Positions 9,924 through 23,044 of a DNA stretch of 64,000 nucleotides are shown one piece after another. The translations under genes were made by a program, and so were the position numbers. The notes below the pieces were generated by a model, which was not told the DNA's origin, made no database searches, and worked only from the letters and a program-made list of their open reading frames with translations. Within the stretch, counting starts at the first letter, position 1. The number at the start of each line of letters is the position of its first letter. Origin of the DNA: an uncultured delta proteobacterium (GTDB lineage: Bacteria; Desulfobacterota; Binatia; UBA9968); the NCBI GenBank assembly GCA_963755715.1, contig CAVWLW010000068.1:53304-117303 (forward strand), read 5' to 3'.

Positions 9924-11038
9924 GACGCCTTCTCGTAGTGTCTGGCCATCTGGCTTTGCAAGCCGCGCTGCGCCAACGCCTCTTCGAACCATTGGCGCAC
10001 GATCGGTTCTTCGTCGCCGTATTCGATCTGCGCGCCGCCTTTTTTGCGGTCGACGGCGCCCTGATAGCGTGGGCGGACGCCCTGGTATTTCTTGCTGCCG
10101 AAGGCGCGCAGCGCCAGATAGCGCGCCGGTTTGGCGCCGGCGTTGAAATGCTGATGCCACCAGTTTTCCGGCGGCACGACCATGCTGCCTTCATGCCACT
10201 CGTATTTTTTAAGCGGCGCGCCGTCGGGCCAGATTAGCGAGTAACCCTCGCCGCCGAGGATAATCACATGGGCACCGGCGCCATGGCGATGGGCCTTTTT
10301 ATAGGTTCCGACGGGGAATTCTGAAATATGGCAAGCCGTGGTGTTTTCCGATAGCTCGAATTTAATGTTGCTGCCGCCGGCGCCACGTTCGTTGTAGTCC
10401 AGCAATTTGAAACCGCGGGCGTCAGGAACAAAATTTGTCTCCCAGACATTGCCCGCGAACTTGAACCCTTTGTAGTCGCCGGCGTACAGAATACCCTCGC
10501 CGTTGAAATAACTCTGGCGCGCGTCGAAGCGGTCGGCAAAGGCGAAATCGTTGTGGAAAATGAAATCCAAGTTATGCAGCAGATTGATCATTGTCGGCGC
10601 GGTGGTGACGGCGAGGTAACGCGCCGGCTCGCTGCCGCTGCCGTTGAAAAGCTGGTGCCAAGTATTGAGCGGCGGTGAAAAGAGCGAGCCTGCTTGCCAT
10701 TCGAAAGTCTGCTTGCGATCCTCATGGTTCCAAACGGTGGTCGCGCCGCGGCCGCTGATGATGTAAATCGTCTCTTCGAACAATTGGCGCTGCGGCTTGA
10801 GGCTCTTACCGGGCGCGATCTCGCAGATGTAGCAATTGTTGACCTGCCCGGCGCCTTCCATTTGCAGGAACGCACCGTTGCCGCCTTTGCGATCCCACCG
10901 TTCGAGCTTTACGTCGCGAATGTCTTCGACGAAAAAAGTCCTGATGACGGGAATGCCTTCGCCTTCGACCCACTTTTCATAGCTCGATTTGTTGCCGTCG
11001 ACGGTCGCAGCAGTTTCAGATGGTTCAGGTTTAGCCAT
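9920..11038 (-). CDS. Bicupin protein
   Basis: Two cupin repeats (EETIYIISGRG..WHQLFN; AHRHGAGAH..WWHQHFN). Stop overlaps the gmhA GTG start. Confidence 0.8.
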
Positions 11039-11102
11039 GATTACTCCGAATTGAATCGAGGATTGTTGTTTACCATAGGGCCTGCCGCGATGAAAGCAGA
11101 CT

Positions 11103-12302
11103 TTAGCTGCGATAAAAGTCGAGGATTTTGTCTACGATCAGCTCTTGCTGTTGCCGAGTGAGCTCAGGATAGAGCGGCAGGGCTAAAACCTGACTAGCGG
11201 CGCGCTCTGCTTGAGGAAAGTCCCCCAGTTTGTAGCCTAGCCTCGCGAAACAGTTCTGTAAGTGCAGCGGCAACGGATAGTAAATCTCACTCTGAATTCC
11301 TTGTTCGGCGAGAAACTGTTTGAGGTCGTCGCGTCGGGTCGCGCGGATCACGTAGTTATTGAACACGTGCGACTTATCTTTGCTGAGGGGTGGAATGCCA
11401 AGGAGGCGTTTGCCGACCAATTCGCTTTCCTCGATTAATCGGCGATAGGTCTCTGCCCGTTGAATTCTCTCTTCGCACCATTCTTCAAGGTATTTTTGCT
11501 TTACCGAAAGCACGGCCGCCTGAAGGGAGTCGAGACGGGAATTGATGCCGATTTCTTCATGGTAATACTTGGCGCGCTCGCCGTGCATGCGGAGCATTTT
11601 GAGTTTTTCCGCGACCTCCTCATCGTGGGTTGCTATCAGGCCGCCATCGCCGAAACCGCCTAAAGTTTTACTCGGGAAAAAGGAAAAGCAACCGAGAGCG
11701 CCGACCGTGCCGGCGAACGTTTCTTTGCCACCGACCAAGGTTCTGGCGCCGCAAGCTTGAGCGACGTCTTCGACAATCTGCAAACTGTATTTCCGGGCCA
11801 GCTCTGTTAATTCGTTCATCGCGCAGCACTGGCCGAACAAATGCACTGGCAGCAAAGCGCGAATCCGCAGGCCGGTTTCGACATCTACCGTTTGACCATC
11901 ATGCGGCCGACCGCGCGTTTCGAGAAACTTTCTTAATTCCTCGACAGAAAGCAGACACGTGTCGGCATCGATATCGACGAATAAAGGTTTTGCCCCGAGT
12001 CGGACAATCGAGGAAACCGTCGAAAAGAAAGTGAAGGGCGTTGTAATAACCGCGTCGTCGGGCCCAATGCCGAGCGCCATGAGTGCCAAAAGAAGCGCGT
12101 CGCTGCCGGAAGCAACGCCGACGGCGTGTGCACAGCTTAGGTACGCTGCCGTCTGCTCTTCGAAACCCTTCACCGCTGGGCCGAGAATGAACTGTTGCGA
12201 CTCAATGACTTCGTCGATGGCCTGGCGCACCTCGTTGCGAATCTGACGGTACTGCGCGCGCAGGTCGACGATCGGGATTTTGTACGGCGCGGGGCTAGAC
12301 AC
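11103..12302 (-). CDS. DegT/DnrJ/EryC1/StrS aminotransferase
   Basis: SGSDAL, PVHLFGQ, EDVAQA, SFFPSKTLG, NSRLD. Confidence 0.94.
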   Translation of the reverse strand: MSSPAPYKIPIVDLRAQYRQIRNEVRQAIDEVIESQQFILGPAVKGFEEQTAAYLSCAHAVGVASGSDALLLALMALGIGPDDAVITTPFTFFSTVSSIVRLGAKPLFVDIDADTCLLSVEELRKFLETRGRPHDGQTVDVETGLRIRALLPVHLFGQCCAMNELTELARKYSLQIVEDVAQACGARTLVGGKETFAGTVGALGCFSFFPSKTLGGFGDGGLIATHDEEVAEKLKMLRMHGERAKYYHEEIGINSRLDSLQAAVLSVKQKYLEEWCEERIQRAETYRRLIEESELVGKRLLGIPPLSKDKSHVFNNYVIRATRRDDLKQFLAEQGIQSEIYYPLPLHLQNCFARLGYKLGDFPQAERAASQVLALPLYPELTRQQQELIVDKILDFYRS

Positions 12303-13698
12303 TGGTTTTGACCGCTGGCGACTGACCTTTCAAAGCGTTCTCCGCCACCTCGGCGAGCAACTGATCATGCTCATGGTCGAGAGCAAACACCCGGAACTGG
12401 ACGACTTTGGAGGGAATAAACTCAAACAGCTCAGCCAAGGACTCCTTGGTAATTTCGCCGCTGGAGGGATCGAAGATATGGATTTGTTTTTTGCCCATGG
12501 CAAAGGGATTTTCTGGGCGTGGATCCTGGGTCGCCATGTCGACGCGAAAAACCAAATCTCGCGACGCCGCGGGAAGCGCGCCGCGAATGCGCTTTTCCCA
12601 GTCGGTGTCCTGAATCAGCGCCACGCCGTAACGAAGCTCGTTCAACGAAAGCGTCCGGTCGTACGCCATTTTCCATTTGACCTCCCGGTGCAGCACCGTT
12701 TCCCATTCCTTGGCGAGCGCTTCGCGATCGCCCTTTTGTCGGCGCCAGCGCGACACGTCTTCGAGCAACGACCAATCGGTCAAATATAGATAATCCTCCA
12801 TGTGGTCCAGAGGATTGCCCGGAAACAAAACTTTCATGGTTTCCGGAAAAATTTCTCTAAGATGCAAGTCGATAGCGCGGGTCGTGCGGTGATAATAAAC
12901 ATTGGTGTAAAGATAGAGCCGGGCGTTCAGAAACGTCGTGAGCGCGCCGTTGCCGGCTTTGTGAACGGTCAGGCCCTTCGACGTGAAAAAGGTATAATGA
13001 ATCAGCCGCTCACGGTCGATGGGGCCGGGGTGAACGCCACACATGTACGAATCGCGCGAGACGTAGTCGAGGTTATCGAAAGTAAAAATACCACCGGTCA
13101 AAGGCTGAAGAAAGCGCACCCACTTGGGCTTGCGATTGTCTTCTTTGCCATTCTTTTTGATCGGAAAAGCGACGTCTTCAGGGCGTAACTCCTCGCCAGC
13201 GGCGAAAGGTCCGCTCGGACTGCGGCGTAATTGGCGAATGATGTCGCCCAGATGGTTTTGAATGATCGTCTGACCGAGATCTTCGTGCGTGAGATCGTAA
13301 TTGGCGAGAAAATTATCATCGAAGAAGTGGCCGAACGGGCCGTGGCCGATATCGTGCAACAGCCCAGTGACGCGCATGTATTCCTCGATGAACGGCGCCG
13401 ACGGACACTCGTCGCCCAGAACTTTTCTGAGGGACGGGTAGAGATGCTTGGCAAATTCTCCGGCGAGGTGCATGGCGCCGAGGGAATGCTGAAAACGGCT
13501 ATGCTCGGCGGACGGATAGACCCAGCGCGCGCTCTGCAACTGATAAATATAGCGGAGCCGCTGCACCCAGGGCGAATCGATCAAAGCTTTCTCAGTGACC
13601 TCGCCCTTTGTCTGCGGCACCGTAAACTGAATATAACGATGGATCGGGTCGGCGATCAGCGCCGTGCCTTCGTATTCGTTATCGCTTACTGGGAGCAT
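12295..13698 (-). CDS. HD-domain phosphohydrolase (SAMHD1-like dNTPase family)
   Basis: DPIH, QRLRYIYQL, HSRFQHSLG, LLHDIGHGPF, DNLDYVSRD, VYYH. Confidence 0.88.
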   Translation of the reverse strand: MLPVSDNEYEGTALIADPIHRYIQFTVPQTKGEVTEKALIDSPWVQRLRYIYQLQSARWVYPSAEHSRFQHSLGAMHLAGEFAKHLYPSLRKVLGDECPSAPFIEEYMRVTGLLHDIGHGPFGHFFDDNFLANYDLTHEDLGQTIIQNHLGDIIRQLRRSPSGPFAAGEELRPEDVAFPIKKNGKEDNRKPKWVRFLQPLTGGIFTFDNLDYVSRDSYMCGVHPGPIDRERLIHYTFFTSKGLTVHKAGNGALTTFLNARLYLYTNVYYHRTTRAIDLHLREIFPETMKVLFPGNPLDHMEDYLYLTDWSLLEDVSRWRRQKGDREALAKEWETVLHREVKWKMAYDRTLSLNELRYGVALIQDTDWEKRIRGALPAASRDLVFRVDMATQDPRPENPFAMGKKQIHIFDPSSGEITKESLAELFEFIPSKVVQFRVFALDHEHDQLLAEVAENALKGQSPAVKTSV

Positions 13699-13770
13699 CG
13701 TTTGTCTTACGCAGGGTAGTGTGCCATTTGCAATCGTGCTGAGAATTTCGCCAACCTTGGCACACTCTTG

Positions 13771-14199
13771 TTAGACTTCGAAAATCACCTGTGCCGTCCA
13801 CTGATTGCCGGTCTTATCCATGCGGCTCTTATGAAAGGCGATGGCGGCGATTTCCTGCTTGATCTCGTGGCGGTCAGGATCGATTTTTTCGCCGGCGACT
13901 TCCGCTTTGACGATCGTGTCTTTAACTTCGCGAATTTGAAAGTCCTTCAGCAGGTAGCCGCTTCCTTGGTATAAATAAAGCAACTCGCGCATCCAATTGA
14001 CCATCAAATCGTCGCGATCCGTGCCCTCGATCTCCAAGGGGATATGGTCTTTGCAGTCGACCTTGTCCAGGTCCGCTACCATGACGTCGAAAAGCGTGTA
14101 CGCCGAGTTCGCGAAAAGATCGGCCTGAGAAGCACCGACGACTTTCACGGCCAATTCCGATTGATGTTTGGTGATACGGTATTTCTTTTGGTTCTCCAT
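13771..14199 (-). CDS. Archease-family protein (divergent)
   Basis: 142 aa with LFANSA, LMVNWMRELLYL, GEKID..RH, and C-terminal IFEV, matching archease architecture. Confidence 0.8.
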   Translation of the reverse strand: MENQKKYRITKHQSELAVKVVGASQADLFANSAYTLFDVMVADLDKVDCKDHIPLEIEGTDRDDLMVNWMRELLYLYQGSGYLLKDFQIREVKDTIVKAEVAGEKIDPDRHEIKQEIAAIAFHKSRMDKTGNQWTAQVIFEV

Positions 14200-14225
14200 G
14201 ATTCGTCGACCTTCCGGATTACAGA

Positions 14226-14513
14226 CTATTCATGATCTGCCTTTGGTCGCACTTGAGTGAGTTCGTGACGGCCGGTGAAATCATCGTCCAAAAGTTGCCG
14301 GATTTCCGGGCGAGCATAACATTCAACACATGACAGAATGTCGATCGGCTGGGTTAATTTGCGGTATCGAAAAGGCGGCACATTCTCTTTAGTATTGACT
14401 AAATACTCCCATTCGGTGTGGCCTGTGTGAAGCAGATAAAAGTCAACTCGGTAACTCTTCTGCGTATGGGTCGTCCCAAAAACCTCTCTGCCGCAGTGAT
14501 AACACTGGAGCAT
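14226..14513 (-). CDS. Small hypothetical protein with two CxxC motifs
   Basis: CYHC and CVEC, SD AGGA, compact operonic spacing. Confidence 0.65.
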   Translation of the reverse strand: MLQCYHCGREVFGTTHTQKSYRVDFYLLHTGHTEWEYLVNTKENVPPFRYRKLTQPIDILSCVECYARPEIRQLLDDDFTGRHELTQVRPKADHE

Positions 14514-14524
14514 TCCTTCTGTAT

Positions 14525-15274
14525 TTATACCCGGTTTATGAGGCTCGCCGCAAACCCGGCGCCGAAGCCATTATCGATATTCACCACCGTTACACCGGCG
14601 GCGCAAGAGTTGAGCATGCCCAAGAGCGCGGCCAAACCGTGAAAGCTCGCTCCATAGCCGACGCTGGTCGGCACGGCAATGACCGGTTTATCGACTAAAC
14701 CGCCGACCACGCTCGGTAGCGCCCCCTCCATGCCTGCCACGACGACGAGCACTGCAGCGGTGTCGAGGCGATGGCGGTTGTCCAGCAATCGATGAATGCC
14801 CGCCACGCCGACGTCATAAAGCCGGTCGACCCGATTACCCATCATCTGCGCGGTGAGAATCGCTTCTTCCGCCACCGGGATATCGGATGTCCCAGCGCAC
14901 ACAACCAGAACCGTGCCTTTGCCGACGATCTTTATCGCTCTGCCGCTCCAAGTGGCCGCGCGCGCCGAGCTATGAAACTTTAAGCCCGTGCGCAATCGCT
15001 TCAACTGCGCCATCTGCATAGCGTCGACGCGAGTAACCAAAATATTGGCATTGCGCCGACGCATGGCGCGGACGATCGCGGCGATCTCCTTGGCTTGTTT
15101 GCCCTGGCCCATGATCACTTCAGGAAAGCCTTGGCGCAGCGCGCGGTGATGATCGATCTTGGCGAAGCCAAGGTCTTCGTAGGGCAAGTGACGCAGGCGC
15201 AGAACCGCCTGGGTGACGCTCGCCTGTTGTTGTCGCACTTGCTCGAGTAATTCTACCAGACGCTCAGAGTCCAT
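14525..15274 (-). CDS. larB: Nickel-pincer cofactor biosynthesis protein LarB
   Basis: RQGFPEV, AGTSD, DVGVAGIHRL, AGMEGALPSV, PTSVGYG, VNIDNGFGA. Confidence 0.93.
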   Translation of the reverse strand: MDSERLVELLEQVRQQQASVTQAVLRLRHLPYEDLGFAKIDHHRALRQGFPEVIMGQGKQAKEIAAIVRAMRRRNANILVTRVDAMQMAQLKRLRTGLKFHSSARAATWSGRAIKIVGKGTVLVVCAGTSDIPVAEEAILTAQMMGNRVDRLYDVGVAGIHRLLDNRHRLDTAAVLVVVAGMEGALPSVVGGLVDKPVIAVPTSVGYGASFHGLAALLGMLNSCAAGVTVVNIDNGFGAGFAASLINRV

Positions 15275-15327
15275 CGTTTACCCATTGACAAGGCTCGTCC
15301 TTGCTCGAAAGCATATTTTGGCGGCCA

Positions 15328-16338
15328 TTAAACGGACAAGCGAGCTTTTTTAAAGTGATCGTGGCCCTGGACACGCATGGGAACAGCTTTGCCGGAAGGG
15401 TCAAGAACGACTATTCCTCGATCGGCCGGAACGCAAGCTCCGATCCTGGTGATCGCCACCTGCGCGCGAATCGACAATTTTTCGATTTGCGTGCGGTTTT
15501 GTCGCCGGGCGCAGAACAAAAGCTCATAATCCTCGCCGCCACTCAAGGCGTCGCCGCATCCCTCTTTGCCGGCAAGCGCGCAGTAGGCCGGCGAGAGCGG
15601 CAACCGTGCAGCTTCAATAATTGCGCCGATCGCGCTTGCCCGGCAAATATGTCCCAAGTCTTGTAATAAGCCGTCGCTGACATCGATCATCGCCGTTGCT
15701 AGTTTTTTTTTAGCGAGCTGCGCGCCGGCGGCCAGTCGCGGCGCGGGCCGATGGTGGCGCGCGAGCAGCGTGATGGCCTGTTGTCCTTTTCGCGTGCTAT
15801 TTCGCCGGACGCGACGTAAAAGTTTCAGGCCGAGAGCGGCATCGCCCAGTGTTCCGGTCACATAAATATCATCGCCCGCTTTGGCGCCGCGCCGCTGTAC
15901 GGGCTTAGCCGACGAATGACCGATCACGCAGACGGAGATGATCAGTTTCTCGGCGGCGTTGGTGTCGCCGCCTACCAGCGCCACGCTGTATTCTGCGGCG
16001 AGTTCTTCGAAGCCGCGGTAAAAGGCGTCGATATCCTCGCTGTCAAAATGAGCCGGAATGCCGAGCGATAAAATCACGTAATCGGGGATTCCTCCCATAG
16101 CAGCAATATCGCTTAAATTAACCGCGAGGGCCTTATGGCCAAGATCGCGCAGGGAAGTCCAACGCAGATCAAAGTGGCTGCCCTCGATTAAAAGATCTGC
16201 TGTGATCAGAGATGAGTCGCCGCGATTTTTTACCGAGGCGGCATCATCGCCAATGCCGATTCGGACGCCGCGCCCAGCGGGCGTGCGGCGCCGAATTTTT
16301 TCGATCAGACCGAATTCTCCAAGACGACTGAGTTTCAT
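15328..16338 (-). CDS. thiL: Thiamine-phosphate kinase
   Basis: EFGLI, GIGDDAA, NLSDIAAMGG, GGDT, DVSDGL, GGEDYEL. Confidence 0.96.
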   Translation of the reverse strand: MKLSRLGEFGLIEKIRRRTPAGRGVRIGIGDDAASVKNRGDSSLITADLLIEGSHFDLRWTSLRDLGHKALAVNLSDIAAMGGIPDYVILSLGIPAHFDSEDIDAFYRGFEELAAEYSVALVGGDTNAAEKLIISVCVIGHSSAKPVQRRGAKAGDDIYVTGTLGDAALGLKLLRRVRRNSTRKGQQAITLLARHHRPAPRLAAGAQLAKKKLATAMIDVSDGLLQDLGHICRASAIGAIIEAARLPLSPAYCALAGKEGCGDALSGGEDYELLFCARRQNRTQIEKLSIRAQVAITRIGACVPADRGIVVLDPSGKAVPMRVQGHDHFKKARLSV

Positions 16339-16423
16339 CGCACCGAAGTTAGTTTTATCAGGTCGGGCAGGCTCTCTCCGAGGCCTCTCGGTGCAAACGA
16401 CGGGGCGACGCTAAAGATTGGCT

Positions 16424-18922
16424 TTACGGCCGGACGGGAATGGACCTTTCCCGCTGGCCCTTTCGGTATAGCCGCGCGTTTCTCTTCGCGAGCAATCGCC
16501 GCCGGCTTGAAACCAGCTTTTTCCCGCGCTCGACCTTTCCCGGGGCGGTCGTTTTGCGCCGGTCCATCAAGGCGACGGATAAAACATCCGACATGTTTTT
16601 TGCCACGACCCAATTAAGTTTTCGCCGCAGCGGTTTGGGAATTTCATCCAAATCTTTTTCATTGCGATCAGGAATAACGATCGTCTTCATACCGGCGCGA
16701 AACGCCGCCAGCGATTTTTCTTTGAGCCCGCCGATGGGCAACACGCGGCCGCGCAATGTGATCTCCCCCGTCATGGCGACATCGCGGCTGACCGGCCGTT
16801 TCGTCAAAGCGGAAATCAGTGCAGTCGCCATGGTGATACCCGCCGACGGACCATCTTTCGGGATCGCTCCCGCCGGGACGTGAATGTGGATATCGAGCTT
16901 TTGGTAGAAGTCGGCTTCGATGCCCAGCGTCTTGGCATGAGCTCGGGCGTAACTCACCGCTGCTTGAGCCGACTCTTTCATCACATCACCGAGTTGCCCC
17001 GTAAGAGTTAAATTGCCACGGCCGCGCGACAGTGAGGCCTCGACGTAAAGAATCTCGCCGCCGGTGCTGGTCCAGGCCAAGCCGGTAGCGACGCCAATCT
17101 CATGATGCTCTTGTTCGGGTTCAGGCAAAAACTTCGGCGCGCCGAGAAAAGAATGGATATTCGCGCGCGTGACGCGAGTGAGCTCGCTTTTGCCTTCGGC
17201 CACTTTACGCGCCACTTTACGGCAGATCGAAGCGATCTCGCGCTCTAAATTTCGCAGCCCGGCTTCCTTGGTATATTCCGCGATGACGCGCAGAACGGCG
17301 TCGTTGGAGATTTCCAGGTACTTGGTCGAGATGCCGTTGTCATTGAACTGGCGTGGAATTAAATATTTGCGGGCGATCGCCAGCTTTTCCTCGTTGGTGT
17401 AACCGGAAAGCTGAATAACTTCCATGCGATCTGCCAACGCGGCCGGTATGGGATCGAGCAGATTTGCGGTGCAGATAAAAAGCACGTTGGAAAGATCGAA
17501 CGGCAGATTCAAATAGTGATCGCTGAAGGCGTGATTCTGCTCCGGATCCAGGACCTCCAATAATGCGGCGGACGGATCGCCGCGAAAGTCGGCGCCCACT
17601 TTGTCGATTTCATCGAGCATGAAAACCGGATTGTTCGAAGCCGCCTGTTTGATGCCTTGGACAATTCGACCGGGCAGAGCGCCGACATAGGTGCGCCGGT
17701 GGCCGCGGATTTCGGCTTCGTCGCGCACTCCACCGAGAGACACACGGACAAAATTACGCCCGAGCGAACGGGCGATGGATCGTCCCAAGGAGGTTTTGCC
17801 GACTCCCGGAGGACCGACGAAACAAAGAATCGGTCCTTTGAGTTTGCGGCGCAACTTGTTGACCGCGAGGTATTCAAGAATGCGCTCTTTTATTTTTTCT
17901 AAGTTATAGTGATCCTCGTCGAGCACTTGCTTGGCTTTTTTGATGTTGAGATTGTCCTGGGTTTTTTTGCTCCAGGGTAGGTCGACGAGCCAGTCGAGAT
18001 AGGTCCGCACGAGCGAAGCCTCTGAAGATTCCGGGTGCATCTGTTCCAGACGGCGCAACTGTTTGTCGGCTTCGCGCTTCACCTCGGTGGGCATCTTGGC
18101 CTTGGCGATTTGTTTTTTGACCTCGTTGATCTCTTCGGCGCGTTCGTCGCCCTCGCCCAATTCTTGCTGGATTTGCTTGAGCTGCTCGCGCAGGTAGTAA
18201 TCCCGCTGCGTCTTGCTCATCTCTTCCTTGGCCTGGTTTTGGATGCGCGCCTGCATCGTTGACAGCTCGAGCTCGCGGGTCAACAGTTCGTTTACTTTCT
18301 TTAAACGTTCGATCGGATCGAAAATTTCGAGGACCGTTTGGCTCTCGTCGATTTTGAGCCGCAAATTCGAAGCGACCAGGTCGGCCAATACACCCGGATC
18401 ACTGATGTTGTCGGTGACCATGACGATCTCGGGCGGCAAATTTTTGAGATTTAAAATCTGCTCGATCTTTTCCTTGGCCGTGCGCATCAAAGCCTCGACT
18501 TCGATGGGCACTTCGGCCAAGGTGGGCTCGACAACCTTGCGAATCTTGACTTCGAAAAATGGACGCTCCTTCAGGTAAGTGTCGACCTCGCCTTTGGCCA
18601 GACCCTGGACAAGGATTTTGACCCGTCCGTCGGCCAATTTGAGCATGCGCATGATCGATGCGATCGTGCCGACTCGATGAATGTCTACCGGAGCCGGATT
18701 TTCCTCGGCGGAATTCATCTGCGAGACGAGGAAAATCAAACGATCGCGGGAAAGCGCTTCCTCCACCGCGCGGATCGAAATGTCGCGCCCGACAAACAGC
18801 GGCAGCATCATATACGGGTAAATGACAATGTCGCGAATCGGCAGAAGCGGCAGGACATCCGGAATCTCCACCTGAGAAGTCTTGTTGTCCGGACTTTCGG
18901 CTTTCCATTCAGCTTCGCTCAT
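16424..18922 (-). CDS. lon: ATP-dependent protease La
   Basis: LPLLPIRD N-domain, [17 protein letters not shown] catalytic Ser, IGGLKEK. Confidence 0.97.
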   Translation of the reverse strand: MSEAEWKAESPDNKTSQVEIPDVLPLLPIRDIVIYPYMMLPLFVGRDISIRAVEEALSRDRLIFLVSQMNSAEENPAPVDIHRVGTIASIMRMLKLADGRVKILVQGLAKGEVDTYLKERPFFEVKIRKVVEPTLAEVPIEVEALMRTAKEKIEQILNLKNLPPEIVMVTDNISDPGVLADLVASNLRLKIDESQTVLEIFDPIERLKKVNELLTRELELSTMQARIQNQAKEEMSKTQRDYYLREQLKQIQQELGEGDERAEEINEVKKQIAKAKMPTEVKREADKQLRRLEQMHPESSEASLVRTYLDWLVDLPWSKKTQDNLNIKKAKQVLDEDHYNLEKIKERILEYLAVNKLRRKLKGPILCFVGPPGVGKTSLGRSIARSLGRNFVRVSLGGVRDEAEIRGHRRTYVGALPGRIVQGIKQAASNNPVFMLDEIDKVGADFRGDPSAALLEVLDPEQNHAFSDHYLNLPFDLSNVLFICTANLLDPIPAALADRMEVIQLSGYTNEEKLAIARKYLIPRQFNDNGISTKYLEISNDAVLRVIAEYTKEAGLRNLEREIASICRKVARKVAEGKSELTRVTRANIHSFLGAPKFLPEPEQEHHEIGVATGLAWTSTGGEILYVEASLSRGRGNLTLTGQLGDVMKESAQAAVSYARAHAKTLGIEADFYQKLDIHIHVPAGAIPKDGPSAGITMATALISALTKRPVSRDVAMTGEITLRGRVLPIGGLKEKSLAAFRAGMKTIVIPDRNEKDLDEIPKPLRRKLNWVVAKNMSDVLSVALMDRRKTTAPGKVERGKKLVSSRRRLLAKRNARLYRKGQRERSIPVRP

Positions 18923-19075
18923 GATGACTCCAATCCTCGGCCAACTTAACCAGAGTGGCACCCCAGGTCAACTAGAATATCACCGTTGAAGCGATTTCTT
19001 TAGAAAGTGCGACGCGGCACAAAACGCCAACGGGGTTGGGATGTGAATCCGTTTAAGCGTTTAAAAGGAATGACC

Positions 19076-20188
19076 TTATCCAAATAGTTCTTTCACCTTG
19101 TCGAAGAAGCCTTTCGAAAGCGGATTAACTTCTTCGCCACCGAGCTCGGCGAAGTCTTTCAGCAGCTCTTTTTGTTTGGCTGTCAAGCGTGTCGGTGTCT
19201 CGACGATCACACGGACATGTTCGTCGCCCTGTTGCAATCCCTGGACGTCCTTGATGCCCTTGCCTTTCATGCGAAAGACTTTACCGGACTGAGTTCCGGA
19301 GGGAATTTTCATTTTGACCTTGCCATCGAGCGTCGGCACGTCGATCTCCGCTCCCAAAGCAGCCTGCACGAAACTGATTGGTACATCGCAAATGATGTCG
19401 AGATTATCACGCACGAAAATCGGGTGGGATTCCGTTTGGATCACGACATATAGATCGCCTGGCACTCCACCGACCGGACCTGTTTCACCTTCGCCTCTTA
19501 ATTTCAAACGCGACCCGGTGTCGACGCCGGCGGGAATTTTTACGCTCAGTGTGTGCATCGTCCGCACGCGTCCGGCTCCGCCGCAAGTCGCACAAGGCTC
19601 TTTGACGATCGTGCCTTGGCCGTGACATTGGCTGCAGGTTCGGGAAACGCTGAAAAACCCTTGTTGGAAACTAACCTGACCGCGGCCGTGACAAGTGGGA
19701 CAAGTCTGCGGCGCGGTGCCCGCTTTGGCACCGGTGCCGCGACAAGTTTCACAGGGTCCGTGCCGCGGAATTTTAATTTTTTTCTCGACGCCAAAGGCGG
19801 CCTCTTCGAACTTCAATGTCAAATTATAGCGCAGATCTTCGCCGCGCCCTCGGCCGCGGCGTCTGCTTCCACCGCCGCCGAAAAACTCGCCGAAGATATC
19901 GCCGAATACGTCCTCAAAGCCGCCAGAAAAATCGAAACCGCCTGAGAAAGGACCGCTCTCGCCGAACGCCGCATGGCCGAACTGGTCGTATTGGGATCGC
20001 TTCTGCGCGTCCGATAGGACGGAGTACGCCTCAGAAACTTCCTTGAACTTTTCTTCCGCCTGCTTGTCGCCCGGATTTCGATCAGGATGATGTTGTAGGG
20101 CCAGCTTCCGGTAGGCTTTCTTGATCTCGTCTTCGCCGGCGCTGCGATTTACGCCGAGCAATTCATAGTAGTCTTTCTTGCCGTTCAA
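19076..20188 (-). CDS. dnaJ: Chaperone DnaJ
   Basis: HPD motif, G/F region, four CxxCxGxG repeats. Confidence 0.98.
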   Translation of the reverse strand: MNGKKDYYELLGVNRSAGEDEIKKAYRKLALQHHPDRNPGDKQAEEKFKEVSEAYSVLSDAQKRSQYDQFGHAAFGESGPFSGGFDFSGGFEDVFGDIFGEFFGGGGSRRRGRGRGEDLRYNLTLKFEEAAFGVEKKIKIPRHGPCETCRGTGAKAGTAPQTCPTCHGRGQVSFQQGFFSVSRTCSQCHGQGTIVKEPCATCGGAGRVRTMHTLSVKIPAGVDTGSRLKLRGEGETGPVGGVPGDLYVVIQTESHPIFVRDNLDIICDVPISFVQAALGAEIDVPTLDGKVKMKIPSGTQSGKVFRMKGKGIKDVQGLQQGDEHVRVIVETPTRLTAKQKELLKDFAELGGEEVNPLSKGFFDKVKELFG

Positions 20189-20230
20189 GCGCGATCCTCT
20201 ACGTGATGAATGTTAGGTTAAGTACAAGCA

Positions 20231-20270
20231 AGAAAGCCCCTATCCGCTAATTGCGAGGAGTAGGGGCTCT
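20231..20270 (-). terminator. Hairpin/terminator after dnaK
   Basis: AGCCCCTA...TAGGGGCT stem followed by TTCTT on the minus strand. Confidence 0.6.
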
Positions 20271-20299
20271 TGGGTGAGAAATCTAGGGTCTCGCCGCGA

Positions 20300-22225
<1,926 letters not shown>

Positions 22226-22259
22226 TTAATGACTCCTAAAAACTTTTGTGACAAGTTAT

Positions 22260-22883
22260 TTAATCATCGCTCTGCCCGTTTTCAACCTTGCTTTCGTGGT
22301 TTTTTTTCTCTCGTGTTTTTACTGCTTTAGCCACGCTGACCAAGGCCGGCCGCAGCAGTCGATCGCGCAGCATATAGCCCTTGTGAAGCTCTTCCACCAC
22401 CGAGTTTGGTTCATGATCATCGGTTTCCACTTGGGTCATCGCCTCGTGTTTTGTTGGATCAAACGGTTGGCCTTGGGCCGAAATAGGCATGACCCCGTGT
22501 TTTGCCAAAACGTCGGTAAGACCCCGAAGCACCATCTCCACGCCTTCGACAAGCGGTTTGCCATTGCCACCGCCCGACGCATGGGCGATCGCGCGTTCGA
22601 GATTGTCGACCACCGGCAGGAGATCCTTCAGCAAACTTTCGTTGGCATAGCGAATCGCATCATCACGCTCACGCCCACTACGTTTTTTATAATTTTCCAG
22701 CTCCGCGGCTTGGCGTAACAAGCGTTCATAATAATTTTTTGCTTCCGTTTCCTTGGTTTCTAGCTGTTGTCGAAGAGATAGGAACTCCGCTTCTACTGAG
22801 TTCGAATCGATTTCTTGAGGTGAAGCCTCGTTGGATTGCTCCGCACCTGATTCGTCGGCGTCTTTTTTAAATTCCTCGCTCAT
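22260..22883 (-). CDS. grpE: Nucleotide exchange factor GrpE
   Basis: AELENYKKR, LLPVVDNLERA, FDPTKHEA, KGY..DRLLRPALV. Confidence 0.97.
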   Translation of the reverse strand: MSEEFKKDADESGAEQSNEASPQEIDSNSVEAEFLSLRQQLETKETEAKNYYERLLRQAAELENYKKRSGRERDDAIRYANESLLKDLLPVVDNLERAIAHASGGGNGKPLVEGVEMVLRGLTDVLAKHGVMPISAQGQPFDPTKHEAMTQVETDDHEPNSVVEELHKGYMLRDRLLRPALVSVAKAVKTREKKNHESKVENGQSDD

Positions 22884-22918
22884 CTATGGCAGTTCTCCCG
22901 CTCGGTTTAATCGTAAAA

Positions 22919-22947
22919 AAGCTAATCACGAAGACCATCACTGTCAA
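22919..22947 (-). promoter_or_regulatory. Putative sigma70 promoter of grpE-dnaK-dnaJ
   Basis: On the minus strand TTGACA-17 bp-TAGCTT. Confidence 0.55.
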
Positions 22948-23044
22948 GGCTTGCTATTCTAAATTCTCCTTTTATTTTAATTAGTTGTCTGGTTTAAAAA
23001 AAAATGTTACGGTGGCAAGAGTCAGTTCCGCAAATGATTCGCTT

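Noticed and set aside
13710-13772. TGGCAC sigma54-like motifs on both strands upstream of the HD gene
   Set aside because: Spacing to the -12 GC is off by one or the GC is missing.
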